Below are positions 28,750 to 38,233 of a stretch of 64,000 bases of DNA, one piece after another. The translations under genes were made by a program, and so were the position numbers. Source of the DNA: a virus. The notes below the pieces were generated by a model. That model did no database searches. It saw nothing but the letters and a program-made list of their open reading frames with translations, and was not told where the DNA came from. The stretch's first letter is position 1. Every line of letters begins with the position of its first letter. The stretch is taken from positions 1 to 64,000 of the IMG/VR virus record IMGVR_UViG_3300045988_118310; one strand, 5' to 3'.

Positions 28750-29768
28750 TTAATTCTCCTAACACAGTTTTCAATCAATGCCTTAAATTTTTCAGGATTA
28801 TCAGTCGGGGCTTCCTTTTCATCCAGAATCCCTTTATCATCTACTACAGCATACACACTTACGCCATCGACAAATCGATTAGCGAGAACCATAAGCTCAC
28901 TAAGCTGAACGTCTTTATCAAATACAAAACAAATATCAACGCAAAGACGTGTTAAAATTTCAATTTGATTCTGTGAAACCTTCTTACCGCCAGTCGCCAC
29001 ACAGTTGTAGACATCCATGTTCCACATCTGCATGACAGACTTTTCAGCTTCACCAACATATACCAGACCTTCATTCTTAATGTACGGCTCTGTCTTATAC
29101 AGGCCATACAGAATACGGTTTCTGGCACACGGCTCAAGATATAGATACTTTAATTCACCTTCAGGCGGCTTACCAAAATATCTTCCCTTTACACCAACCA
29201 AAGTACCAATTTCATCTCTGATTGGAATCGTGATTCTATTTGTTAGTTCATCAAAACCAATCTCAAACTCCCGTTGTGTCTCGTAAGATATCCCATCGTC
29301 AGCAAAAATCTGGTTAACATAAGGTTTGTAATAACCGAGGATGGCTTCGGAGATGGGGACTATCGGACGGTCATCCTCGTGTTCTTCACCTTCATTTTGC
29401 ATGGTGATGAGTTCTTTTAGAATCAACATACTTTTAGGAAGGTCTTCCTCGAAGTTGTGATAGTAGTCAAGTCCAACCCATTCGCAGATTTGCTTAATAG
29501 CTTTTGGGAAAGACAGTTCCAGAAAGAACTGGACGACAGAAATCAAATCATAACTGGTCTTTCCATTGACAATGTCTCGTGTGTAATCTACCGCAGTAAG
29601 ATTTTCATTCTCGTAGATACAGAGTGCCGTCCTATTGTCACCATCTGGATTCGCACACTGATAATATCCAGCTTTATGACTAATATGATGACAACCAAGC
29701 TCCTCCAAAATTGGTTCAATCTGCTGTTCTTCAAGAATATAATTTTTCAGATCTGCGATATTTACCAT
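28746..29768 (-). CDS. DnaG-like DNA primase
   Basis: N-terminal zinc-binding CHH...C...C, TOPRIM-like VGEAEKS ... DKD. Confidence 0.55.
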   Translation of the reverse strand: MVNIADLKNYILEEQQIEPILEELGCHHISHKAGYYQCANPDGDNRTALCIYENENLTAVDYTRDIVNGKTSYDLISVVQFFLELSFPKAIKQICEWVGLDYYHNFEEDLPKSMLILKELITMQNEGEEHEDDRPIVPISEAILGYYKPYVNQIFADDGISYETQREFEIGFDELTNRITIPIRDEIGTLVGVKGRYFGKPPEGELKYLYLEPCARNRILYGLYKTEPYIKNEGLVYVGEAEKSVMQMWNMDVYNCVATGGKKVSQNQIEILTRLCVDICFVFDKDVQLSELMVLANRFVDGVSVYAVVDDKGILDEKEAPTDNPEKFKALIENCVRRIK

Positions 29769-29777
29769 TGTAGTTCC

Positions 29778-31301
29778 TTACTTTCTGGTGCAGACACCGA
29801 CCTCTTTCCAGACATTCTGGTTCAAATTCACTTCAAACATGATTTTCTTCTTCTCGCCAAAACGGTTCTTGTCAATGTTTCCAACATAGTACCGTTTGTC
29901 TGGATTTAACCGATGAGCACAGTCGCCGCCCCATTCAGGGTCATGAAAGATGTATTGATACTTTGCGAACTTATCTTTCGGAATCTCCTTGAATAGAACC
30001 ATCGTCCAAGCAACATGCTTAATCATTTTTGACTCAGCAATATTGTTTGAATTCAGCTCATCAGGGAGATACTCATGAGCATTTTCAGCCAACTGGATAC
30101 TACCGTAGATGAAAATCTTCAGATTCTTCGCAATCTCTTCAAGCTCGGTGGCCGTGACCTTGAACGCTGCCCATTCACCAATAGATGCAATGTCGTTCTT
30201 TAGAGTATCATAAAACACATACTTAACTCCCTGAGTGAGAGCTGCCTTCTGGATTTCAAATCGCAGGGACTTATCACTATAATCAGCAGAAACATCTTTT
30301 GCGATAATCAAGCCTTGTGATTCGCTCTCAATCCACTGGCAAACATCAAGTACATTGCGGTACTCTTCGCTTTCCTCATAGACACGGGCGGTAAACTCAT
30401 CAATGCTTTCTATGTATTCTCCGTCTTCGTTTTGTTTTCTGAAGATGAAGTTTCCATTTGCATCCCGGTACATCCCAAGGGTGATTTCTCGCTCGTCCTT
30501 ATGGAAACGATGACCATGCAACTCTTGAAACTCAGGATTATTGATGGCGGTGACTAGCAAGCAATACCGGACTGACTCAAGATCCATCTCATTCAGCAGC
30601 AAAAGAGCTTTCTGCTTTTGAACCAATGTGACGTAGGCAACAATCGCCATCATATATCTAGTCTTACCAGCGTTAGATGGCATACCATTAAACATCACAG
30701 TGCCCAACTTCAATCCTCGGAACAAATCATTCATGATAGGATACTGGAACGGTAAACCCATATCGGGAACGCTCAGACGCTCATTGACCATTGGTAGCAG
30801 ACCATTATTCAAAATCTCAGCATCATCGTTTGTAATGATAACCGTATTGATCTTGTCGGCCTTGCCACGAATCAATTTGTAAATGTCCTGAGCACCAAAC
30901 ATTTCAAACCGTTGATGCTTTAAGATTCCTTCAATGTTAAATCCGTTTCTCTGATACTCACGAAGTAGCGAATATTTCTTCAGGATATTGAAATATCCCT
31001 TGATATCATCGTCATTCGCAAGACTCATGTAGTATTCAATGGTTGACCAGCCCTTCAGCCGCTTGTATTGGGACAATCTGGACTCATCTTCAGCCATAAA
31101 CGTTAAAACAGACGTTTTATTAAATTCTTGAGTCCGAGTTTCATAAATAATTAACGCTGCATCGTAGAAAAATTTTGTTGCTTCATCGGCAAAATCGTAC
31201 TTGCTCTTGACATAATGCCCATACTCGACCAAATAGTCAGGATGCTTGTAAATTGCGCCAACAAATAGAATTTCATTCGGGATATTTGAAATGAGTTCCA
31301 C
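29778..31301 (-). CDS. DnaB-like replicative helicase
   Basis: Walker A GMPSNAGKTRYM, RecA-like C-terminal domain. Confidence 0.6.
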   Translation of the reverse strand: MELISNIPNEILFVGAIYKHPDYLVEYGHYVKSKYDFADEATKFFYDAALIIYETRTQEFNKTSVLTFMAEDESRLSQYKRLKGWSTIEYYMSLANDDDIKGYFNILKKYSLLREYQRNGFNIEGILKHQRFEMFGAQDIYKLIRGKADKINTVIITNDDAEILNNGLLPMVNERLSVPDMGLPFQYPIMNDLFRGLKLGTVMFNGMPSNAGKTRYMMAIVAYVTLVQKQKALLLLNEMDLESVRYCLLVTAINNPEFQELHGHRFHKDEREITLGMYRDANGNFIFRKQNEDGEYIESIDEFTARVYEESEEYRNVLDVCQWIESESQGLIIAKDVSADYSDKSLRFEIQKAALTQGVKYVFYDTLKNDIASIGEWAAFKVTATELEEIAKNLKIFIYGSIQLAENAHEYLPDELNSNNIAESKMIKHVAWTMVLFKEIPKDKFAKYQYIFHDPEWGGDCAHRLNPDKRYYVGNIDKNRFGEKKKIMFEVNLNQNVWKEVGVCTRK

Positions 31302-31318
31302 TCATCCACCTCCCTCTT

Positions 31319-32011
31319 TTATATCTCATCGAGAATTGCACTTATATCAATTTCATTCTCGTTTTTACTCTGTTTCGGTGCTGTTTTCATACGTTTCAGT
31401 ACCGTTTCAGTCAGATTTTCCTTCATTTTTTCTTCGCTTTCACTGCGAATCGAAGCTAGTCTTTCTTTTCGATCGAGATAACTAGGATATTGAGCCAATA
31501 AAACAGCCAAGTCGTAATTCCATCGCTGACTCATATCACAACCCTTTGCTTCTTTCTCGGCAACTATCTTATCTAGTCGGGGTTTCGCTAGAACCCACAT
31601 ATCGTAAAGTTCTAGCGGAGGAATAGAACCTCTGTATTTGTAATAATTACCGGAAATTAACTGCGCAAGTTTCGAGTAGAAGCTACCAGGAACAACCGCC
31701 GGGGCGTATATATCTCGAATATGGTCGAAAAGAATCTTTTTCTCTTCCTGTTTGATATGTGCAAGCTCACGATTGTGGTCTTGTTCTCTCTTTTTGGAAA
31801 GAAGATCATCGACCTTTTTATCCGTAGTGTCATTCACTTTGTCAAAAAATGCCCTTAGCAGGTCATCTGTCCAAGGGCGTTTTTGATTTTTCTTTTTTTC
31901 TACAAAACAATCCTTATGATAAAAACCAGTCTTGTCGTAGAAAAATGTGCTACGGTCTCGCTCGATGAAAATGTTCTTCCCGCAAATCTTGCATTTACGG
32001 GTTAGTTCCAT
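31319..32011 (-). CDS. hypothetical protein with N-terminal zinc finger (possible helicase loader / replication accessory)
   Basis: CKICG...HKDC; position between helicase and recombination ATPase. Confidence 0.35.
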   Translation of the reverse strand: MELTRKCKICGKNIFIERDRSTFFYDKTGFYHKDCFVEKKKNQKRPWTDDLLRAFFDKVNDTTDKKVDDLLSKKREQDHNRELAHIKQEEKKILFDHIRDIYAPAVVPGSFYSKLAQLISGNYYKYRGSIPPLELYDMWVLAKPRLDKIVAEKEAKGCDMSQRWNYDLAVLLAQYPSYLDRKERLASIRSESEEKMKENLTETVLKRMKTAPKQSKNENEIDISAILDEI

Positions 32012-33159
32012 TAAGCCAGTTCCTTCTCCATGATTGCGGCGACCTTCTTCAGTTCCTCAATATCAGTCATAGAACGGAACGCGGTAGACAGGCCAGCCGC
32101 CTTAACAGCCTTCTGTGCTGCGCTCTTCTTCACAGGAGAAGCGGAAGCAATCAGGTCGTTCAGCTTTGCCTTGATGTCATCCATAGAAGGCTCTTTACTA
32201 TCAGAACTCTTATCTGCCGGAACATCATCCGGCTCATCGTTTTCGATACCAAGGTCACGCATACTCAGCTTAACCTCAGTCTTAACAGCATCGTTTAAGC
32301 CGTTCTTGATGACGTTCTCCCGATTCTTTGCGCTACTAGAGATAATATCCTGATACTCAAGCAGGGTCAGATCCTCAACGACCTCACCGCCCTTATGCAT
32401 ACCGGTACGATCCTTATCGAAGAAAGCGAGCTGCTGACCATCCTGAAAATACAGGCGGAACTCAGTATCAACGTTGTACTCCTGACCAGCAAACCCATCA
32501 GGAATCTTACGACCAGTAGGCTCACTTACGATAGAACCATTCACAACCTTAGTATGCTTCTCGTCCTTCTCTCGGCAAACAACGATGTAGTTTACACCAG
32601 ATGCATTCAGATCCAAAATCAGAGACTGACCCTTGAAGTTCAGGGTATTGAAATCCTTGAGCTCCATGCCAGCACCCTCAATCTTAACTGCCTTTTCATC
32701 ACCAGTCAGACCCTGAGATGCGGCCTTAACCTTGGCACGCTTCTGCGAGAAGGCGGTGAGGCCCTGGGTAGCAGTCATCTTGAGGATGGAAGCGGAGTCA
32801 ACAACCAGAGCGTCTGCACGGAACGGCTTACTGTCTGCATCCAGATAAACATCTCCATTCTCATCCTCGATATCCTCATCGTTGGTAACCATCTTGATAT
32901 AATCCTGAACTTCTGCCAGAGACTGGGTGTAAACAATCAACAGATTATCAGGATTCACACCATTGGCTTCCAGCTCCTCGGTGTAATTATCAATAGAACC
33001 ATTTTCGGTATCCAAATACAGAACACGGAACGGCTTACCGTCTGCATTCTTCAAATAGCACAGCTGCATAGCAGTACGAGACTTACCAGTTCCCTGTTCA
33101 CCATAAATCAGCATATGAAGCTTCTTACGAACAGCAGATGCCTTACGAATCATAGCCAT
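32011..33159 (-). CDS. AAA/RecA-like ATPase (phage recombination protein, Sak4-like)
   Basis: Walker A YGEQGTGKS near N-terminus. Confidence 0.55.
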   Translation of the reverse strand: MAMIRKASAVRKKLHMLIYGEQGTGKSRTAMQLCYLKNADGKPFRVLYLDTENGSIDNYTEELEANGVNPDNLLIVYTQSLAEVQDYIKMVTNDEDIEDENGDVYLDADSKPFRADALVVDSASILKMTATQGLTAFSQKRAKVKAASQGLTGDEKAVKIEGAGMELKDFNTLNFKGQSLILDLNASGVNYIVVCREKDEKHTKVVNGSIVSEPTGRKIPDGFAGQEYNVDTEFRLYFQDGQQLAFFDKDRTGMHKGGEVVEDLTLLEYQDIISSSAKNRENVIKNGLNDAVKTEVKLSMRDLGIENDEPDDVPADKSSDSKEPSMDDIKAKLNDLIASASPVKKSAAQKAVKAAGLSTAFRSMTDIEELKKVAAIMEKELA

Positions 33160-33187
33160 ATATGTAAATTCCTCTCTAAATCTTTTA

Positions 33188-33481
33188 TTAAACTTTCAAA
33201 CACTCATACCACGGATCACCCGTTTCAACTGCATGAGCAACATAATCCAACTGACGGGTGATGTTATCCACACTATCAACCAGAAGGTCTTTACACCCTA
33301 CCGGAACAGCACCACCATTGCATTCCGCGTCGGCTTTAGCTTCTGCAATAATCTCAGGATGCGTAGTAAACACAATAGACATCATCGGAGAGTCTTCTTC
33401 AGGTTCCTTTTCAAGCGCTTCGATGTAGACAATGTAAAATTTCATACCATTATAAGCGGTATACTCAAGAGTATTCTGCAT
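33188..33481 (-). CDS. hypothetical protein
   Basis: 97-aa ORF preceded by RBS and the ACAGGATAC motif. Confidence 0.4.
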   Translation of the reverse strand: MQNTLEYTAYNGMKFYIVYIEALEKEPEEDSPMMSIVFTTHPEIIAEAKADAECNGGAVPVGCKDLLVDSVDNITRQLDYVAHAVETGDPWYECLKV

Positions 33482-33530
33482 AACTAAACTCCTTATGTAT
33501 CCTGTATTGCATAGCTAATGCTAAAATAAA

Positions 33531-34631
33531 TTAACCCCAGTCGTCCTCTTCCTCATTTGCAGGAGTTGCAGTAGACTTGTTGGAACCACCCCACCAAGAA
33601 GTGTCGTTCTCAGCACCCGTGCCGTCGAAGTCCTTCTTAGCCTGAGTATTGGCAGCAATCTTTGCCCGTGCCTCGGAGATATTGTCCTCTGTGTAAGTAG
33701 GTTCCGCATCCTTGTCGCCAGGGTTCGGATCAAAGGAATCAGGATTAACGCCCTCAATATACAGCTTACGAACTGCCGGAGTGCTCTGGCGCTTCATCTT
33801 ATTAGGACCACCCCAGATATTCTCGGTCTCAACTTCCTCAACCTTCTGCTGATTGACAATGGGGCCAAAACACTCAAAGCTAGTATAAGACTTCAGACGC
33901 TTACGAATAGAATCAGCCAGAACCTTATTCTGAGTGTTTGCCTTATAGTCAATGAAAAGTTCTGCGTCCTCAATGGTGTTGTAGTTCACAATTTTTGCAT
34001 CAACAACTACTTCATCATCCTCATCACTCTTGCGGCAACCAGTGTAAACAATGGTCTGAGTAAACAGAGCCAGCTCCTCGAAACCCTCTGCATCGAAGTC
34101 GATTTCCTTAGAGCTCAGAGACACCTGAGTAGGAACGAAGCGAATTTGGTGCTTGCCGTTGTAAGTGCTGTACTCGATGTTACCACGGACATACACATTG
34201 TCACCATCATGCAGGTTATCAGAGATCTCCTTGGCTGCATCGAAGTCAGTCAGAGTCTTGTTATCATTGACGACCTTACCAGACTCATTCGTCTTCTTGG
34301 TAACACCGACCTTAACGCCAATCATATCATAGCCTTCCGGTGCAACATAAGTCAGACGATCCTTCCAAGCAACTTCCTTCTTATCCTTCTCGATGCCCTT
34401 GTCCTTATCGGCACGGCGGAAGAAGTAAACCTTATCACGAGGCATACCATTAAGATCAACATAAAAAGTGTTTTCATTGGAAGTCTGAACGCCAAAGCTC
34501 AGGACACGGCGCATAGCACCATTCTTAGTCTCCTTCTCGTTATAGAAGTTGCTACGCTGGGTGCCGGTGACCTTACCAGCCATCTCAAAAGAACCACGGG
34601 TCTGAGGAAGATTAAAAATTCTATCTGCCAT
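33531..34631 (-). CDS. putative single-stranded DNA-binding protein
   Basis: OB-fold-like segments and an acidic C-terminal tail ...EEEDDWG; follows the recombination ATPase. Confidence 0.4.
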   Translation of the reverse strand: MADRIFNLPQTRGSFEMAGKVTGTQRSNFYNEKETKNGAMRRVLSFGVQTSNENTFYVDLNGMPRDKVYFFRRADKDKGIEKDKKEVAWKDRLTYVAPEGYDMIGVKVGVTKKTNESGKVVNDNKTLTDFDAAKEISDNLHDGDNVYVRGNIEYSTYNGKHQIRFVPTQVSLSSKEIDFDAEGFEELALFTQTIVYTGCRKSDEDDEVVVDAKIVNYNTIEDAELFIDYKANTQNKVLADSIRKRLKSYTSFECFGPIVNQQKVEEVETENIWGGPNKMKRQSTPAVRKLYIEGVNPDSFDPNPGDKDAEPTYTEDNISEARAKIAANTQAKKDFDGTGAENDTSWWGGSNKSTATPANEEEDDWG

Positions 34632-34776
34632 ATCAAGTCTCCTTTATATAATTTTGTTTCATTGATAATCACTTATGTTTCTTTTTATTGTCTTGAATCA
34701 ATTCATGCACTATTCATTTTATGTGTTATCCTCCGTCTGGTTTATTGATGGCTTATATTTCATACGGCACTCGCCG

Positions 34777-34989
34777 TTAGAAATCGTCCTTTAAAGGATT
34801 ATGTACAAACATTGCGCCGAGCACTATTGGGAGCCGTTCTGAACATTCAGGGCACAAATCAAAACTCAAAAGCGAACCATCAAGTTGGCTACCATAAGAG
34901 TATTGATGCTCAAAACTGATTCCCTGCTCGCTACCTATCGGCTTGATTTCACGACCACACCAGTTACATATTTTCTTACATGTGTTCAT
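34777..34989 (-). CDS. small zinc-ribbon protein
   Basis: CNWCG...CPEC. Confidence 0.35.
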   Translation of the reverse strand: MNTCKKICNWCGREIKPIGSEQGISFEHQYSYGSQLDGSLLSFDLCPECSERLPIVLGAMFVHNPLKDDF

Positions 34990-35006
34990 ACGGCATCACC
35001 CCATTT

Positions 35007-35294
35007 TTAATATTCTCTATCACGGAACATCTTAGATTGAGCACGAGTCAGTCTGTTATTCCGGCCATACTTAGGTCTGAATACGGACTGTAGCTTGTTG
35101 TTTGCATATTCGAGGTCACTCTCCAGAATCTTGGCAGCTTCTTCAATGTAGTCTCGAATGGCACAATATTGGTCATTGCTGATACAGTGCGTCTTTAGAT
35201 AATCAAGCATATCGACGGCCTGATTTTTCAAAAGAAGCGTATCTTCAAGCTGTGTCTTGCGCCGTTGGAAGAAATCTATATTCATAGGCATCAC
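35007..35294 (-). CDS. hypothetical protein
   Basis: 95-aa ORF. Confidence 0.3.
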   Translation of the reverse strand: MMPMNIDFFQRRKTQLEDTLLLKNQAVDMLDYLKTHCISNDQYCAIRDYIEEAAKILESDLEYANNKLQSVFRPKYGRNNRLTRAQSKMFRDREY

Positions 35295-35355
35295 TCCTCT
35301 AACAGATTTTCATACATGCTTCGCAATTTTTCATAGGCGACGGCTCGTTTAAGAA

Positions 35356-35508
35356 TCATCTCGTAGGCGTGAGTAGTGTGTTCACGAGGACACCACTTTC
35401 CGCCCTCCTTGCCAAGTCGGATTTGATTCTCAAGAATTTTTTTGCTTCATCAAAAGTCATCTTTTCGATTCGTTTCTTACTGGCATTTTTCCATTCGTCT
35501 AGTTCCAT
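35356..35508 (-). CDS. small ORF (50 aa) with possible frameshifted C-terminal extension
   Basis: ATG ORF not in track; a T7 run (35437-35443) separates it from an open alternative frame running to 35291. Confidence 0.25.
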   Translation of the reverse strand: MELDEWKNASKKRIEKMTFDEAKKFLRIKSDLARRAESGVLVNTLLTPTR

Positions 35509-35513
35509 AGGAA

Positions 35514-35708
35514 TCACTCCTTTTTGGCAAATTTACTCCAATCCATCTTGTGATGACAATCAGAACACTCACACTCGAACTTTTCCAGCTTCGTCACACA
35601 AAACGGACAGAGATACGTGTTCTTATCCTTCTGGAAGATAGGACTTGCCGGAAGGCTCAAGGAGCCGTGATCGATAGTTACATTGATAGGAATTTTGCTG
35701 TTCATCAT
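35514..35708 (-). CDS. small zinc-binding protein
   Basis: CPFC...CECSDCHH. Confidence 0.3.
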   Translation of the reverse strand: MMNSKIPINVTIDHGSLSLPASPIFQKDKNTYLCPFCVTKLEKFECECSDCHHKMDWSKFAKKE

Positions 35709-35733
35709 GTCACCTCTTGTTTGAATTAGCCTT

Positions 35734-36159
35734 TTATGAGATTTTCTTATCAAGTTTTCGTAACTCTAACTTACTGGGAAGAAAATTTCTACAGAAGTAT
35801 GCACTTCCAAAAGACACTCCCTCGACAGGGCTGTCTGCGTGTTTAGGGTCCATGAATCCTATTCGAGAATCAAAACACAGCATCTGTACATCATTTTTGA
35901 AGATGTCAAATCGTGTCTTACCCTGAATACTATTTGCAGGAAGTAGTAGAGCAAACGGCTTTTTAAGCTCATAGGCTCTACGCAATACTTCATCCTTCCT
36001 ACTAAAAGGAGGGTTTGAAATCATAATATCCCAATATTCCGGTTCGTATGTAAAGAAATCTTGTCCGTTATCAATGTGGCTATATTCTACTTTATATCCA
36101 GCATTTCTGAACACCTGCACAAAGGCAGACCACTCTTTATCAAACGGACACCAAATCAC
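35734..36159 (-). pseudogene. N-terminally truncated amino-methyltransferase-like fragment (NPPF motif IV)
   Basis: DIMISNPPF but no upstream FxGxG within the ORF; GTG start; G6 homopolymer just upstream. Confidence 0.4.
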
Positions 36160-36276
36160 TGTTTTACTCGACGGGGGGCAAATTCAAGCAATGGAATAAC
36201 CGCGTAAACCGGTGTGTATCGCTCATCGCCTACCGCAGATCGGTCAGCTGTTAAATATCCTTTATTTTCTGGCAAA

Positions 36277-37731
36277 TTATCCTCCTTGCTTTTCTGGAAA
36301 ATGCTTCTTAGTTACTGCAACGCAGAACGGTTCAATTTCAGATCCCCAGATAGCAGTACCATCACCATACGTACTTTCAAAGACAAGCGGAAAGCCACCG
36401 ATTCCATCAAAAAGACTGCCAAGCGTAGGATTCTCACCGATATACGGCTTCATTTTCTGGAAAATCCAATACCACTGAGGCAATGCAATCGAATTGCCGA
36501 GCGCCTTGTAACGAGGAGAATCAGCTGGTTTGTGCTTTTTACCATTCTCATCAACCCACTCGCCAATATCAGTCCATCCATCAGGGAACCCTTGAAGTCG
36601 TTCACACTCGACAGGAGTCAGGCGACGAACAATCCATTGCAGATTCTTCGTTTCCTTCTCTGCAATCAAGTCAGTAGCATCCTTGTAGTCACGAGATTTC
36701 ATCGTACTAGCTTGTTCACTTTCCTTGTATTCACCAATGCGTTGCATTGCAAAGGTTTTCTTTTCAGCAACAAGCGGCATATTATTGCCACCAGTCCCCC
36801 ATTGAGCCGTACAAGCCGGACTTGTGTCGCCCTGTTGAGTGTATCGAGCATCCTGACTGTGACTCTCAAACACCACCGGCGAAATCTTTTGTTTTGAATT
36901 ATGTAAAGAGGTGTTGTCTGCCAAGCAAATTAACGTTTGATCTTGCAATGTAGAAAGCGTTGCGCTCTTCTCGATTTGTACCAGTGCGCCTTTGCCACCA
37001 CCTTCGCATCCTGAACGAATCTTTAAAGTGTAGGCAACAGCATTACGGTCAATAGTGTTTATAGTGAAAGCAGTATCTTCTTTTACACCAGTCCCATTCA
37101 TGTTGGTTTCTCTGTCAATCATGTTTCCGACGATACAAAAGCTTTTTTCTCCCACCACTCGATCATTTCCAACAATGCATTTTTCAGCAATTCTGGCAGC
37201 ACCTTGCCACGTCGGGATGCTCTCGTCAGAATTCCCTGGCACGCCCGTGCGCTCAAATAATATCTTTGCGGCACGTTGTCCTCCAAAATCCATGACAAGC
37301 GCGATTCTTTGACGACGTTGGGGCACTCCCCAGTATTGAGCATCGAAGAGTCTCCATGCCAAAGACCATCCATTACCGGAAATTGCGCCGGATTTAGACC
37401 ATTTTCCACCTTTTTCCGAAGGTTTAGGAATTGTAGCGTCTGCTTCGACGATGTGTGCAAATTCTTCCAAGACACATCGGAAGTCTTCTCCGTTGTTTGA
37501 GGAGAGTGCTCCTCTAACATTTTCCCAGATTGCAAATTTTGGATATTCTCCATTGGTGGTATCCCTCATTTCTTTTATCACACGAATCATTTCCATAAAT
37601 AGACCAGACCGTTCTCCAGCCAAACCTGCCCGCTTACCGGCAATAGAAAGATCTTGGCTAACAAGGTGAACCACCAGTGATACACGAGACAGGTTCAATC
37701 TTAGAACCATCAATCTCGCAAATACTTCCAT
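36277..37731 (-). CDS. DNA cytosine-5 methyltransferase, circularly permuted (motifs V-X followed by I-II), catalytic Cys encoded out of frame upstream
   Basis: ENV, QRRQR, RLTPVECERLQGFPDGW, GNSIALP then LFDGIGG and SEIEP...HFPE at the C-terminus; N-terminus reads ...LVSQDLSIAG lacking PC. Confidence 0.65.
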   Translation of the reverse strand: MEVFARLMVLRLNLSRVSLVVHLVSQDLSIAGKRAGLAGERSGLFMEMIRVIKEMRDTTNGEYPKFAIWENVRGALSSNNGEDFRCVLEEFAHIVEADATIPKPSEKGGKWSKSGAISGNGWSLAWRLFDAQYWGVPQRRQRIALVMDFGGQRAAKILFERTGVPGNSDESIPTWQGAARIAEKCIVGNDRVVGEKSFCIVGNMIDRETNMNGTGVKEDTAFTINTIDRNAVAYTLKIRSGCEGGGKGALVQIEKSATLSTLQDQTLICLADNTSLHNSKQKISPVVFESHSQDARYTQQGDTSPACTAQWGTGGNNMPLVAEKKTFAMQRIGEYKESEQASTMKSRDYKDATDLIAEKETKNLQWIVRRLTPVECERLQGFPDGWTDIGEWVDENGKKHKPADSPRYKALGNSIALPQWYWIFQKMKPYIGENPTLGSLFDGIGGFPLVFESTYGDGTAIWGSEIEPFCVAVTKKHFPEKQGG

Positions 37732-37741
37732 AATGTTTCAC
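37658..37741 (-). pseudogene. out-of-frame 5' segment of the C5-MTase encoding motifs III/IV (IDGSKIEP...ITGGSPC) ending at TAG
   Basis: GTG 7 nt after AAGGAGGTG; +1 frame relative to the main ORF; the ATG of the main ORF lies inside it. Confidence 0.5.
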
Positions 37742-37758
37742 CAAACCACCTCCTTTTC

Positions 37759-37779
37759 GTATCCTGTGTTACATAGCTA
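37759..37779 (-). promoter_or_regulatory. ACAGGATAC motif upstream of the MTase RBS
   Basis: gtatcctgtgttacatagcta. Confidence 0.4.
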
Positions 37780-37882
37780 AATCTCAGAGAATAAGCAAAA
37801 AACAATAGACGTATCAACGTCATATTATTTCAACGCTTATAAAACAAAAGTTCTAGCGGGTTTTATGTACGCCCTTTCGGGC

Positions 37883-37963
37883 TGGTGGGACATGTCGGAC
37901 TTGAACCGTGATACATATGCTCAGTTATGAGCTGAGTTCTCTAACCAATTGAGATAATGTCCC
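37883..37963 (-). tRNA. tRNA-Met/Ile2-like (anticodon CAT), CCA encoded; T-stem imperfect
   Basis: acceptor GGGACAT/ATGTCCC, D-stem TCTC/GAGA, anticodon stem CTCAG/CTGAG loop CTCATAA; GGTTCAAGTCC T-arm. Confidence 0.55.
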
Positions 37964-38094
37964 ATAAAAACCAGTTAAATAGCTGCAACTATTCAACTGG
38001 GCACCTTCCTTATAAAACGCTATTGCATCTATATCATATAGACGAGGAAGGAATAACAGCGATGCACATTTCCTATATCTCGCCCCTTTCGGGG

Positions 38095-38152
38095 TGGTAT
38101 CTCGCACAGGCGCGGCCAGATCTGACCGCCAAAGATCCTACCCATACGAGAT
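38095..38152 (-). ncRNA. 57-nt tRNA-minihelix-like element ending in CCA, directly after tRNA-Gly
   Basis: TCTCGTA/TGCGAGA terminal pairing, internal AGATCT palindromes, ends ...TACCA followed by a CCCCGAAAGGGG hairpin. Confidence 0.3.
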
Positions 38153-38227
38153 TGGAGCAGCGAAAGGTAGTCGAAACCTCATCCTCAGCTTGGAAGGCTG
38201 ATGTACTAGCCGTTGTACGACCGCCGC
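38153..38227 (-). tRNA. tRNA-Gly (anticodon TCC), CCA encoded
   Basis: cloverleaf: acceptor GCGGCGG/TCGCTGC (2 GU), D-stem GTAC/GTAC, anticodon loop CTTCCAA, T-arm GAGGT-TTCGACT-ACCTT. Confidence 0.7.
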
Positions 38228-38233
38228 ATGAAA

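Noticed and set aside
32395-33261. 288-aa plus-strand ORF
   Set aside because: Antisense to the well-supported AAA ATPase gene; low-complexity Leu/Ile/Asn-rich translation typical of reverse-strand artefacts. The same applies to the other plus-strand ORFs (e.g. 13546..14169, 39106..39666, 41882..42586, 34146..34748).
37650-37670. Programmed prfB-like +1 ribosomal frameshift at CCT TGT TAG C in the C5-MTase
   Set aside because: P-site codon TGT cannot re-pair in the +1 frame (GTT); an indel or error is more parsimonious. Kept only as a caveat under the MTase finding.
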